NCBI GenBank assembly: GCA_965368975.1
Contig: CBDUPA010000030.1
Span: forward strand, 1 to 58,397
DNA from: an uncultured bacterium
GTDB taxonomy: Bacteria; Acidobacteriota; Thermoanaerobaculia; Multivoradales; JAHZIX01
Length of the DNA: 58,397 bases
Direction of reading: 5' to 3'
Shown here: positions 35,967 through 45,167 of the stretch, one piece after another
How the letters are laid out: each line of letters opens with the position of its first letter
Position numbering within the stretch: position 1 is the stretch's first letter
The notes under the pieces: generated by a model
What the model was told of the DNA's origin: nothing
The model's input: the letters and a program-made list of their open reading frames with translations, nothing else
Database searches by the model: none
Program-made: the position numbers and the translations under genes

Positions 35967-36686
35967 ATGTGCGGACGTTACACCCTCACCACCCCCGTCG
36001 AGACGGTCGCCGAAGTCTTCGGCGTGCAGGAATTCGCCGACCTGCGCCCACGCTACAACATTGCCCCGACGCAGGAGGTGGCCGTCGTCGGACGCAATCA
36101 GGAAGGATCGCGCACGCTCGGCACGATGCGCTGGGGCTTGATTCCGCACTGGGCCAAGGACGCCAGCATCGGCAATCGCATGATCAACGCCCGTAGCGAA
36201 ACGGTGGCCGAGAAGCCGGCGTTCCGCAGCAGCTTCAGACGTAAGCGCTGCCTGCTACCTGCCGACGGCTTCTACGAATGGAAGAAGCTGGACGGCCAGA
36301 AGCAGCCGTACTACGCTCGCCGAAAGGATCACGCACCGTTCGCCCTCGCCGGCATCTGGGCACGCTGGCGCCCCAAGAGGGAGAACCAGGAGAACGGCGA
36401 GGACGGTCCGGTGATCCAGAGCTGTGCGCTCCTGACCACCGAGCCCAACGACCTCATGCGCGACATCCACGACCGCATGCCGGTGATCCTGCCGGCGGAG
36501 GCCTGGGACCTGTGGCTCGATCCGGAACCCGAAGATGTGGACGCGCTGACCGAGTTGCTGCAACCGTACGATCCGACGGTGATGGAAGCCTACGCGGTGA
36601 GCACACTGGTCAACCGACCGGGCAACGACTCGCCGCGCTGCATCGAGCCGCTGGACGCGGATGACGCCGCGGAAGCTCCGAACTAG
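35967..36686 (+). CDS. SOS response-associated peptidase (SRAP, YedK/HMCES family)
   Basis: AGGAGG RBS; MCGRY N-terminus, RYNIAPTQ, MRWGL, INARSET, DGFYEW, IHDRMPVIL. Confidence 0.95.
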   Translation: MCGRYTLTTPVETVAEVFGVQEFADLRPRYNIAPTQEVAVVGRNQEGSRTLGTMRWGLIPHWAKDASIGNRMINARSETVAEKPAFRSSFRRKRCLLPADGFYEWKKLDGQKQPYYARRKDHAPFALAGIWARWRPKRENQENGEDGPVIQSCALLTTEPNDLMRDIHDRMPVILPAEAWDLWLDPEPEDVDALTELLQPYDPTVMEAYAVSTLVNRPGNDSPRCIEPLDADDAAEAPN

Positions 36687-36697
36687 CCCCCGAGGAC

Positions 36698-37900
36698 CTA
36701 GCCGCCCAGCAGGGTGATCACCGGCGGCAGCGTCGCGACGCCACCGGCGCAAGGCGCTGGCGTGTGCTGCGCTTGCCAGTCGAGGTGACAGGCGACCTCT
36801 TCGGACTCCTGGTCGGCCGGTGTCCACGGCAGGGCACAGGACGGGTGCAGGGGCAGCAGCAGGCTCAGCACGAGCATCATTGCGGCCGCCGCCAGCAGCA
36901 GGCGGCTACTCCAACGCGTCACCGGCACCTGTCCGGCACAGATACGCTGCATGCGTAGACGCAAGTCCGCACCGCTCATCCTCGACATGACGGGCACCGA
37001 TACTCGCTGCAGCTCCGCTCGCTGCAGCTCCGGCGCCAGACTGAAGCGCAAGACCTTGAGCAGGCCCTGGGCGTAGCTACGCGGTGTGCCCACGAGCGCC
37101 AGTACGGCTTCGTCACACGCCAGCTCACGCTCCACCAGCAGCCGGCGCTCGAGCAGCCAGACGAGCGGATGGAACCAGAGCAGCGCCCGCAGCACGTAGT
37201 GCGACTGCGCCACCAGGTTGTCCCGCCGACCGACGTGCGCCAGTTCGTGCAGCAGAACCGCGTCCAGCTCGCCCCGGTCGAGGTGCTCCGGCATCGCCGC
37301 CGGCACGATGACACGCGGCTGACGGACACCCCAGACGCCGGGCTCACTCAGGCTCGACGACAACCACAGCGTCGCGCCCTCGGCACCCGGTACGCGGCGG
37401 CGCAGGGTTCGAAAGCGAAGTGCCAATTCACCTCGGTGCACCGGTTCGGCTTGCTCGACCAAGGCAGCCAGACCACGATGACGGTGACGCCAGCGCGCCA
37501 GCATCCAGCCACCGCCCAACGCCCAGATGCCCGTAGCCAGCCAGGCCAGACCCACTGTCGACATCGCCAGGTTTGGCGCCACCTCGGCCGTCCAACCCAG
37601 CGACTGGCGCAGGCCGGCGGCCAGCGTGCGCGCGTCGAACAAGCCGAGCAAGGAAGCGGGCAGCAGGGTCGGCAGCGCGGCGACGGACAGGCCGCAGACA
37701 CTCAGCAAGAGGCCCACGGGCAGCAGCAGCTTGAGCGACGCGAGCAAGTAGACCCCGTGACGCCAGCGTGCCGGTGCCTGGCGCAACGCCCAGCCGAAGA
37801 CCATCAGGACCAGCGCCACCAGAGTCGCCTGCCACAGATGCGTCAGCCACAGCTGCCAAATACGAACGGGGGCGTGGAACAGGGCGTCGAGCATCGGCAT
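36698..37900 (-). CDS. BlaR1/MecR1-like M56 membrane metallopeptidase
   Basis: HLWQAT, VLLHELAHVGRRDN, WFHPLVW, RELACDE. Confidence 0.92.
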   Translation of the reverse strand: MPMLDALFHAPVRIWQLWLTHLWQATLVALVLMVFGWALRQAPARWRHGVYLLASLKLLLPVGLLLSVCGLSVAALPTLLPASLLGLFDARTLAAGLRQSLGWTAEVAPNLAMSTVGLAWLATGIWALGGGWMLARWRHRHRGLAALVEQAEPVHRGELALRFRTLRRRVPGAEGATLWLSSSLSEPGVWGVRQPRVIVPAAMPEHLDRGELDAVLLHELAHVGRRDNLVAQSHYVLRALLWFHPLVWLLERRLLVERELACDEAVLALVGTPRSYAQGLLKVLRFSLAPELQRAELQRVSVPVMSRMSGADLRLRMQRICAGQVPVTRWSSRLLLAAAAMMLVLSLLLPLHPSCALPWTPADQESEEVACHLDWQAQHTPAPCAGGVATLPPVITLLGG

Positions 37901-37968
37901 GGTGTCTCAGGTGCGGATCGGTTGGCCTCTGGCGTTCAGCTCGCTTCTTCGCTCAACTGGTTCTCCGC

Positions 37969-38361
37969 TCAGCTGGCTTCTTCGACGAGGCGCTCGACAG
38001 CGCGCAGGTCCGAGAGCTTCAGGCGTCCCGACTCGGCCAAGTGGGCCATCAGGGGGCGGGGCGAGCCGCCGAAAAGATCGAGAAAGTCGTCGACCAAGCG
38101 TCGATAGGCGGCCTTGCGGCTCACCCGCGGCTCGTAGATATGCGCGTTGCCCACCTTCTTGACCTGCCGTACCGCGCCCTTCTCTTCCAGGCGCCGCACG
38201 ATGGTCTGGACGGTAGTGTAGGCCGGTTGCCGGGAATCCGGCAGCGTCTCCAGGATCTCGCGCACCGAGCCACGGCCCAGGCGCCAGAGTTCTTCCATCA
38301 CTTCCAGTTCGAAGCGCGTGAGCTTGATGCCGTCAATCTTGTAGCTACCTTCTTGCTCCAC
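37969..38361 (-). CDS. BlaI/MecI/CopY family repressor
   Basis: LTRFELEVMEELW, AYTTVQTIVRRLEEKG, FGGS. Confidence 0.93.
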   Translation of the reverse strand: MEQEGSYKIDGIKLTRFELEVMEELWRLGRGSVREILETLPDSRQPAYTTVQTIVRRLEEKGAVRQVKKVGNAHIYEPRVSRKAAYRRLVDDFLDLFGGSPRPLMAHLAESGRLKLSDLRAVERLVEEAS

Positions 38362-38434
38362 GTTCTTGCCTCCAGCATCGAAGTACGTTCAGACTCTCGA
38401 CGAGTTGCGGGCAAGGCTACCACGGCTGTAGGCG

Positions 38435-39262
38435 TTACGCCTCATGCTGTAGGCGCTCGCGCCCCCCTTGGGACGACCGTACCCGGCTGGACGGGTGTCG
38501 CAACATCTCCTCTTCCCGCCACGCAGCCTCACCGTCGGCGAAGTGTTCGCGCTTCCAGATCGGCACCTCGGCCTTGAGCCGCTCGAGCGCCACACGGCTG
38601 GCTTCATAGGCAGCGGCGCGATGCGGCGAGGCGACGGCGATGGCGACGCTGGTTTCGCCGACCGGAACATCACCCAGACGGTGGACGATGGCGGCGTGTA
38701 CCGCGGCGGCGTCCGTGCCACCGTCCGACAAGTCCGTGACGATCCGGCGCAGGCGCTGCTCGGCCATCGGACGATAGGCGGAGTAGGTCAGGTGCGTGAC
38801 GCGGCGAGCATGTCGTGAGGCGTCCACGGGCGCCACTTTGGTGGTAGCGTTGGTTGTCGAAGAGCTGTGCACGGTCGCCTCGCGTACACCCCCCAGGAAG
38901 AGCAAGACGGCGCCGCACGACGGATGCTCGACGGACCGCACCACCGCCTCGACGTCGATCGCCTGATCGACCAGCCACACTTGCGGTCCAGAGGGACGCG
39001 GCGCCTCTTCCTCGGGCCGCCCTCCGGACACCGGTGGCAGCAGGGCGACCTCGGCACCGTCGTGCAGCGGCGCATCCGCACCCGTCAAGTCACCATCGAC
39101 AGCGATCGCCAGCCGCGGCCACAAGGGCGCCAGCTCCGGAAAACGTTCATCCAGTTTCCGCCGCAACTCGGCGACGGTGCTGCCGTCCGGCAGCTCCAGC
39201 TCGACCGCGTCGCGGCCCACAGCATCCCCGGCACTGGCAAAGGCTAGGAGTCGTATCCGCAT
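38435..39262 (-). CDS. Fused molybdopterin synthase MoaD-MoaE
   Basis: MoaD part ends EVALLPPVSGG; MoaE motifs GAVLLFLGGVR, HRLG, SPHR, LKAEVPIWKRE. Confidence 0.92.
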   Translation of the reverse strand: MRIRLLAFASAGDAVGRDAVELELPDGSTVAELRRKLDERFPELAPLWPRLAIAVDGDLTGADAPLHDGAEVALLPPVSGGRPEEEAPRPSGPQVWLVDQAIDVEAVVRSVEHPSCGAVLLFLGGVREATVHSSSTTNATTKVAPVDASRHARRVTHLTYSAYRPMAEQRLRRIVTDLSDGGTDAAAVHAAIVHRLGDVPVGETSVAIAVASPHRAAAYEASRVALERLKAEVPIWKREHFADGEAAWREEEMLRHPSSRVRSSQGGRERLQHEA

Positions 39263-39363
39263 GCATCCACCTCGGTCCTTCCATCCGTCTCTGCTTGCTT
39301 CTGTACAGGACGGGATGGTATCAGTTGACGGCGGACGTCAAGCTGCCGCAGGAGAGCTTTGCT

Positions 39364-41022
39364 TTGGCCATTATCGAGAGCACACTGAAGAAAGACGACG
39401 CCTTCGACAAGCGCGACGCCCACTGGCGCGCCAACCTCGCCGCGCTACGCGAGGAAGCCGCGCGGCTGCACGCGGGCGGCGGAGCCAAGTCACAGGAGCG
39501 CCAGCGTAGCAAGGGCAAGATGCTGGCACGCGAGCGCATCCAGGCGCTGTGCGACCCGGACGAAGAGTTCCTGGAACTCGGGCTGTGGACGGCCTGGGGG
39601 TGCTACCAGGAATACGGCGGCGCCCCCGCGGCCGGCGTCGTCACCGGTGTCGGACGCATTCATGGCCGCGACGTCATGGTGATCGCCAACGACGCCACGG
39701 TCAAAGCTGGAGCCTGGTTCCCGCTGACCTGCAAGAAAGTGCTGCGAGCCCAGGAAATCGCGCTCGAGAATCGCTTGCCGGTCATCTACCTGGTCGACTC
39801 GGCCGGCGTCTTCCTGCCCATGCAAGACGAGATTTTCGCGGACCGCGAGCACTTCGGACGCGCTTTCTACAACAACGCCCGCCTGTCGGCCGAAGGCGTC
39901 TTCCAGATGGCCGCGATCATGGGGCCGTGCGTGGCCGGCGGCGCCTACCTGCCGATCATGAGCGACGAGTCGCACATCGTCGAGGACACAGGCTCGATCT
40001 TCCTCGCCGGGCCGCACCTGGTGCGCGCCGCCATCGGCGAGCAGATCGAGATCGAAGACCTGGGCGGCGCCGAGATCCAGAGCGACGTCTCGGGCGTGGT
40101 CGACCATCGCCATCCCGACGATACCAGTTGCCTGGAAAAGATCCGCCACCAATTTGCCCAGCTGGCCGAGGGCCGCAAGGCCCCCTTCGCCCGCCGCAAG
40201 CCGGTCGAGCCACTGCATGCGCCCGAAGAGCTGTACGGCGTCATGCCGATCGACCGCGCGCGCCCCTACGACACCTTTGAAGTTCTTGCTCGCCTGCTCG
40301 ACGGCAGCGAGTTCGAAGAATTCAAGGCTACCTACGGCCGCACCATCATCTGCGGCACCGGCTGGATCGACGGCTGGCCGGTCGGCATCGTCGCCAACCA
40401 GCGCTCGGTCACCCAACGCAAGACCGGCAGAGACCCGAAGGATCGCGAGCTGCAGATCGGCGGCGTGGTGTACTCGGACTCGGCCGACAAGGGCGCGCGC
40501 TTCGTGCAGCTGTGCAACCAGAAGGGCATTCCGCTGCTCTTCCTGCAGGACGTCACCGGCTTCATGGTCGGCAGCCGTGCCGAGCGGGGCGGCCTGATCA
40601 AGGACGGCGCCAAGATGGTCAATGCGGTGGCCAACAGCACCGTGCCCAAGATCACCATCTTCACCGGCAACTCCTACGGCGCTGGCAACTACGCCATGTG
40701 CGGCAAGGCCTACGGCGCGCGCTTTGTCTACTCCTGGCCGTCGTCCTCGATCGCGGTGATGGGCGGAGCACAGGCGTCCAAGACGCTGCTGTCGATCCAG
40801 CTCAAGAACCGCGAGGTCAGCGAGGAAGAGAAGCAGGAACTGCTGGCGCGTATCCAGAAGAAATACGACGACGCCATGGACCCACGCCATGCCGCCGCTC
40901 GCCTGTGGACCGACGACATCATCGACCCCGCCGACACCCGCCGCATCGTCTCGCATTCGCTGGCCTGCGCCGCCTGCAACCCCGAGATCGGCGGCTTCCG
41001 TACCGGCGTGCTGCAAACCTGA
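39364..41022 (+). CDS. Acyl-CoA carboxylase carboxyltransferase subunit (methylcrotonyl-CoA carboxylase beta/LiuB/AtuC-like)
   Basis: AGGAG RBS then TTG 39364; ANDATVKAGAW, YLVDSAG, CVAGGAY, GFMVG, SYGAGNYAMCG. Confidence 0.93.
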   Translation: MAIIESTLKKDDAFDKRDAHWRANLAALREEAARLHAGGGAKSQERQRSKGKMLARERIQALCDPDEEFLELGLWTAWGCYQEYGGAPAAGVVTGVGRIHGRDVMVIANDATVKAGAWFPLTCKKVLRAQEIALENRLPVIYLVDSAGVFLPMQDEIFADREHFGRAFYNNARLSAEGVFQMAAIMGPCVAGGAYLPIMSDESHIVEDTGSIFLAGPHLVRAAIGEQIEIEDLGGAEIQSDVSGVVDHRHPDDTSCLEKIRHQFAQLAEGRKAPFARRKPVEPLHAPEELYGVMPIDRARPYDTFEVLARLLDGSEFEEFKATYGRTIICGTGWIDGWPVGIVANQRSVTQRKTGRDPKDRELQIGGVVYSDSADKGARFVQLCNQKGIPLLFLQDVTGFMVGSRAERGGLIKDGAKMVNAVANSTVPKITIFTGNSYGAGNYAMCGKAYGARFVYSWPSSSIAVMGGAQASKTLLSIQLKNREVSEEEKQELLARIQKKYDDAMDPRHAAARLWTDDIIDPADTRRIVSHSLACAACNPEIGGFRTGVLQT

Positions 41023-41057
41023 TCAGGACGCACTCCCCGAGAGAGGCAAGTTGAACC

Positions 41058-42425
41058 ATGAAAACCATCCGCATCGGTAACGGCCAGGGCTTCTGGGGCG
41101 ACAACGTCGACGCTCCCGTCGAGCTCCTGCGCGGCGGCGAGATCGACTACATCGGCATGGACTACCTGGCCGAGGTGACGCTGTCGATCATGATGCGCCA
41201 GAAGCTGCGCGACCCGAACCTCGGCTACGCCACCGACTTCATCGGCTTCATCCGCCGCGTGCTGCCCGAACTCAAGGAACGCAACGTGCGCGTGCTGGCC
41301 AATGCCGGCGGCCTCAATCCGCAGGCGTGCCGGCAGAAGATCTTCGAAGTGGCCAAGGAACTGGGCGTCAGCGGCGTGCGCGTCGGTGTCGTCGAAGGCG
41401 ACGACCTGCTGCCGCGCCTGGGCGAGCTGCTCGACGCCGGCCACGAGCTGCGCAACATGGAAGACGGTGCACCGCTGGCACCGCTCAAGGACCGCGTCAC
41501 CAGCGCCAACGCCTACCTCGGCGCCCGACCGGTGGTCGAGGCACTGCAGGACGACCCGCTGATCGTCCTGTGCGGCCGCATCACCGACACCGCTCTGGCC
41601 CTGGCACCGATGATCCACGAGTTCGGCTGGCCCGAGGACGACTGGGATCACCTGGCCGCCGGCACCATCGCCGGCCACATCCTGGAGTGCGGCGCCCAGT
41701 GCACCGGCGGCAACTTCAGCCGCTGGTGGGAAGTGCCGGATCTGTGGAACGTCGGCTACCCGCTGATCGAAGCGCGCGAGGACGGCACCTTCACCGTCAC
41801 CAAGCACGAGGGCACCGGCGGCATGGTCACCGTCGACACCGTCTCCGAGCAGCTACTGTACGAAATGGGCGACCCCAACGAGTACATCACCCCGGATGTG
41901 GTCGCCGACTTCACCTCCATCCAGCTGCGCCAGGACGGCAAGGACCGGGTGGCGGTGAGCGGCATCAAGGGTCGCCCACGCACGCCGTTCCTCAAGATCT
42001 CGACCTCCTACCTCGACGGCTACAAGGCGAGCGGTGAACTGACCGTCAGCGGTCCGCGCGCGGTCGACAAGGCCAAGCTCGCCGCCGACATCGTGTGGAA
42101 GCGCCTGGAGCGCTCCGGCGTCACCTTCGAGGAAGGCCACCGCAAGGCCGAGCTACTCGGTCAAGGCGCCTGCCTGCCCGGTATCCTGAGCGGCAGCGAC
42201 GAGCCGCCCGAGGTCGTGCTGCGCCTGTCCGTCCAGGACCAAGACCGCGACAAGGTCGAGCGCTTCGGCAAGGAGATCGCCCCCTTGATCACCGCCGGCC
42301 CCCCGGGCGTCACCGGCTTCGCCGGCGGCCGGCCCAAGCCACAGCGCGTCGTCGCCTACTGGCCGGCGCTGCTGGCGCGAGAGACCGTCGAACCTCATCT
42401 CAAGGTGTCGGTCGAAGAGGTATGA
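41058..42425 (+). CDS. Acyclic terpene utilization AtuA-family protein
   Basis: IRIGNGQGFWGD, DYLAEVT, SANAYLG, AGHILECGAQCTGGN, EQLLYE, YITPDV. Confidence 0.92.
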   Translation: MKTIRIGNGQGFWGDNVDAPVELLRGGEIDYIGMDYLAEVTLSIMMRQKLRDPNLGYATDFIGFIRRVLPELKERNVRVLANAGGLNPQACRQKIFEVAKELGVSGVRVGVVEGDDLLPRLGELLDAGHELRNMEDGAPLAPLKDRVTSANAYLGARPVVEALQDDPLIVLCGRITDTALALAPMIHEFGWPEDDWDHLAAGTIAGHILECGAQCTGGNFSRWWEVPDLWNVGYPLIEAREDGTFTVTKHEGTGGMVTVDTVSEQLLYEMGDPNEYITPDVVADFTSIQLRQDGKDRVAVSGIKGRPRTPFLKISTSYLDGYKASGELTVSGPRAVDKAKLAADIVWKRLERSGVTFEEGHRKAELLGQGACLPGILSGSDEPPEVVLRLSVQDQDRDKVERFGKEIAPLITAGPPGVTGFAGGRPKPQRVVAYWPALLARETVEPHLKVSVEEV

Positions 42426-42649
42426 CCCCGCTGACCCGGCTGCGCCTGCAGGTATTCGCGGCAACCCTGCCGCCGTTGCTCGCCGCCTTCTGGATCAGCG
42501 TCCACACCAATCTCCTGCTGCACCTGGCTTGGGGCTTCACCCTCGCCGCCCTCGCCACCTGGCTTTTGAATCGCCGTTCCGCGCTTCGATCTACTGGTCG
42601 TTCTATTGGGCTCTCGACCCGAACCGAGAGCAAGGAGTCATCACCGTGA
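42422..42649 (+). CDS. Small two-helix membrane protein (75 aa)
   Basis: ATGA overlap upstream and GTGA overlap downstream; MTPLTRLRLQVFAATLPPLLAAFWISVHTNLLLHLAWGFTLAALATWLLNRR. Confidence 0.65.
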   Translation: MTPLTRLRLQVFAATLPPLLAAFWISVHTNLLLHLAWGFTLAALATWLLNRRSALRSTGRSIGLSTRTESKESSP

Positions 42650-42999
42650 GAGTGCCCCTGCACAAGATCGCCCACACCCGCTCCGGCGACAAGGGAGACG
42701 GCAGCAACGTCGGCCTGATCGCCTACACCGCCGCCGGCTACGACGTCATCAACGAACAAGTCACCGCCGAGCGCGTCAAGGCTCACTTCGCCCAGGTCTG
42801 CCACGGCAAGGTCGAGCGCTTCGAGGTGCCCAACCTCCATGCCCTCAACTTCATGCTCCACGACTCCCTCGGCGGCGGCGGCACCGCCAGCCTGCAGATC
42901 GACGCCCAGGGCAAGACGCACGGCCAGGGCCTGCTCCAGCTCGACGTCGAGGTGGCCGAGGATCAGCTGGCGTCGATGATGCCGCCCACTGCAGCTTGA
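42646..42999 (+). CDS. AtuA-related small protein (separate C-terminal domain)
   Basis: AAGGAG RBS, GTG start; IAHTRSGDKGD, VERFEVPNLHALNF, LGGGG, DAQGK. Confidence 0.88.
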   Translation: MRVPLHKIAHTRSGDKGDGSNVGLIAYTAAGYDVINEQVTAERVKAHFAQVCHGKVERFEVPNLHALNFMLHDSLGGGGTASLQIDAQGKTHGQGLLQLDVEVAEDQLASMMPPTAA

Positions 43000-43029
43000 T
43001 CCAGAGAGCCGCCTGAACCGGAGAGCCAC

Positions 43030-43830
43030 ATGAGCGAACTGCCCCAGTACGAAACACTCCTCGTCCGCCGTCAAGACGACCTGCTGTGGGTCACCCTCAA
43101 CGACCCCAAGCGCGCCAATGCGCTGTCGCCCAAGATGGCCAGCGAGCTGACCCGCATCTACACCCACCCCTGGCGCAGCGAAGGCGTGCGCGCCATCCTG
43201 CTGCAGGGAGCCGGCAAGAACTTCTCCGCCGGCGCCGACCTCGCCCACCTACGCAATCTGCGCGACGCCGGCCTGGAAGAAAACCGCCTCGACTCCGCAC
43301 GACTGCGTGGCCTGTTCGAATCGGTGCTGCGCCAGCCGGCGCTGACCATCGCGCTCGTCCACGGCGCCTGCGTCGCTGGTGGGTGCGGTCTCGCCACCGC
43401 CCACGACTACGTCATCGCCACGCCGGATTCGCGCTTCCTCTACAGTGAAGTCAAGATCGGCTTCGTCGCAGCCTTGGTGGCCACGTTCCTGCCGCTGCGT
43501 CTACGTGGGCAGCACATTCGCGAGTGCCTGCTGCATCCGGAGTTCCTCTCGGCGGAGCGCGCGCTGGAGATCGGATTGATCAACCGGATCTTGGCGGACG
43601 AGGAGACGCTAGAGCAAGCGGGAGAGAAGCTGGCGGGCGACGTGCTGACCAACGCGAGTTCCGAATCGATCGCGCGCACCAAGACGCTGATGCTGGACTT
43701 GATCGGGCGTCCGCTGAGTGAGGCCTTTGATTTGGCTGCCGAGGTCAATGCGCGGTCGCGCGGCACGGACGACTGCAAGCACGGGATCTCGACGTTCCTG
43801 GAAACCAAGAAGGCGCCGAGCTGGCGGTAG
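43030..43830 (+). CDS. Enoyl-CoA hydratase (methylglutaconyl-CoA hydratase-like)
   Basis: LNDPKRANAL, FSAGADL, VHGACVAGGCGL, SEVKIG. Confidence 0.9.
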   Translation: MSELPQYETLLVRRQDDLLWVTLNDPKRANALSPKMASELTRIYTHPWRSEGVRAILLQGAGKNFSAGADLAHLRNLRDAGLEENRLDSARLRGLFESVLRQPALTIALVHGACVAGGCGLATAHDYVIATPDSRFLYSEVKIGFVAALVATFLPLRLRGQHIRECLLHPEFLSAERALEIGLINRILADEETLEQAGEKLAGDVLTNASSESIARTKTLMLDLIGRPLSEAFDLAAEVNARSRGTDDCKHGISTFLETKKAPSWR

Positions 43831-43838
43831 TTGGGACC

Positions 43839-44273
43839 CTACACGAACTCCACCCCGACGCCCTCCAACTTCCGCACCAGCACTTCCCGCAGCTCCCGCG
43901 CATCTTCCTGACGATTGTCGCGACGCAGCCAGCGATTGAGCAGTCCCATCTCCGTCGCCACCCAGACGATCCACTCGACGCTCTCCAGCGGTAGATCCCG
44001 CGCGACCTCTTCGGTCAAGCCGGTCTCGCTAAAGTCGACGTCCGGAATGCCGGTGCAACCGACCCACAGCCAGTAGGGCTTGCGGTGCACCATCAGGCAG
44101 TAGCCAAAATCCTCCACGATCTCTTCGGTGATCGGGAACTTGGTGTCGGCCAAGGCTTCGACGAGCCACTCGGACAGAGACTTGCCGAGGACGCCGGGGT
44201 TGATCTCTTCGTCCTCGTGGGGCACGACGGGAAAGCACGTCGCTCTGAACGTGATCTCGGGCAGGCGCTTCAT
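43839..44273 (-). CDS. Hypothetical protein (144 aa) coupled to the selenoprotein gene
   Basis: ATG overlaps the upstream TGA (ATGA); MKRLPEITFRATCF...EEINPGVLGKSLSEWL...EDFGYCL. Confidence 0.75.
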   Translation of the reverse strand: MKRLPEITFRATCFPVVPHEDEEINPGVLGKSLSEWLVEALADTKFPITEEIVEDFGYCLMVHRKPYWLWVGCTGIPDVDFSETGLTEEVARDLPLESVEWIVWVATEMGLLNRWLRRDNRQEDARELREVLVRKLEGVGVEFV

Positions 44274-45010
44274 ACGTCCAGGTCCCGGATCACCGGTCCC
44301 TCGACTTCTCCCCCCTCCAGCATCTGCAGCGCCGCCTCGATCACCCGCATCTGACGCTCCGGCTCCTTCGGCGCATCGAGCGGATAGCCATGCGGGAACG
44401 GGACGCACAGCGCCCGGGGTGGACACACTTTCTCGGTGATGTAGCGCAGCAGCTGGACCACCACCGTCGAGATGCCGTGCCGCTCCAATTCCGCACCGAC
44501 CAGACAGACCGTCTGGTTGCAGGTGGGTCACACGGGAACCAAGAGCGCTACGTCGACTTGGTCCTCGACGAAGAGCGCGGCAGCCTCGGGGGCACTCTGC
44601 TTGATCAACCGACCGGGGGCAGGGATGGAGCCCATGAAGGAGAGGTGGCGGTGGTTGACGCTGCCGATGCGGCCTTGCTCCTGCAGCTCACGAACGCGAT
44701 CCAAAGGGAAGGCGAGGTTGGGGTCCGAAGTGATGCCGACGTGGTCGAAGGCGTCACTGCGGTGGCAGTCGACGAGCGACGAGGCGTCGGTATCCGCTGG
44801 AATCTCGCGGAAACTCCAGTCGCCGCCCTTGATCGACTCGTCGAAACGCTCTTGCTCGGGTCGCACAAAGCCGGCCGTGGAGACGAGGCCGAGACGGCAC
44901 TCGGACAGGGGCTTGGCCAGGGGCGTCCAGGGGACGGGATCGATCTTGCGCCAGGGATAGGTGCGGATGAACACCTGGTAGAGCCGCTTGAATTCACTGA
45001 TGTCGCCCAT
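44270..45010 (-). CDS. Selenoprotein of the GrdB/PrdB reductase family (246 aa, Sec at UGA 44530-44528)
   Basis: ORFs 44528..45010 and 44270..44488 share a frame across one TGA, giving ALLVPV-U-PTCNQTVCLVGAELERHGISTV; family motifs PLAKPLSECRLGLVSTAG, DPNLAFPLDR, PPRAL.VPFPHGYPL; AGGAGG RBS. Confidence 0.9.
44494..44525 (-). promoter_or_regulatory. Bacterial SECIS-like hairpin
   Basis: After the UGA: CC-CACC-UGCA-ACCAGAC-GGUCU-GUCUGGU-C-GGUG; 7-bp upper stem starts at nt 11 after the UGA, with a G-led loop. Confidence 0.8.
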
Positions 45011-45167
45011 TCATGCCTCCTGCCTAGAATCGCCGATGGGGAATTCCTCCGCAATGCTAGCGCATTGTGCAGAGTAGCCCCTTCACGGCCTTCCGGTGCC
45101 CCTCGACAGCTGAGCTGGACTGGTAGTCTCGACCGGAACCGAAAACGACACAGAGGATCGATCCGCC

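Noticed and set aside
37005-37031. Short duplication encoding ELQRAELQR in the M56 gene
   Set aside because: A single in-frame duplication in a variable loop with no functional signal.
44270-45010. Nonsense pseudogene or two separate genes
   Set aside because: The UGA sits in a UxxC motif followed by a SECIS-like hairpin, so selenocysteine recoding fits better.
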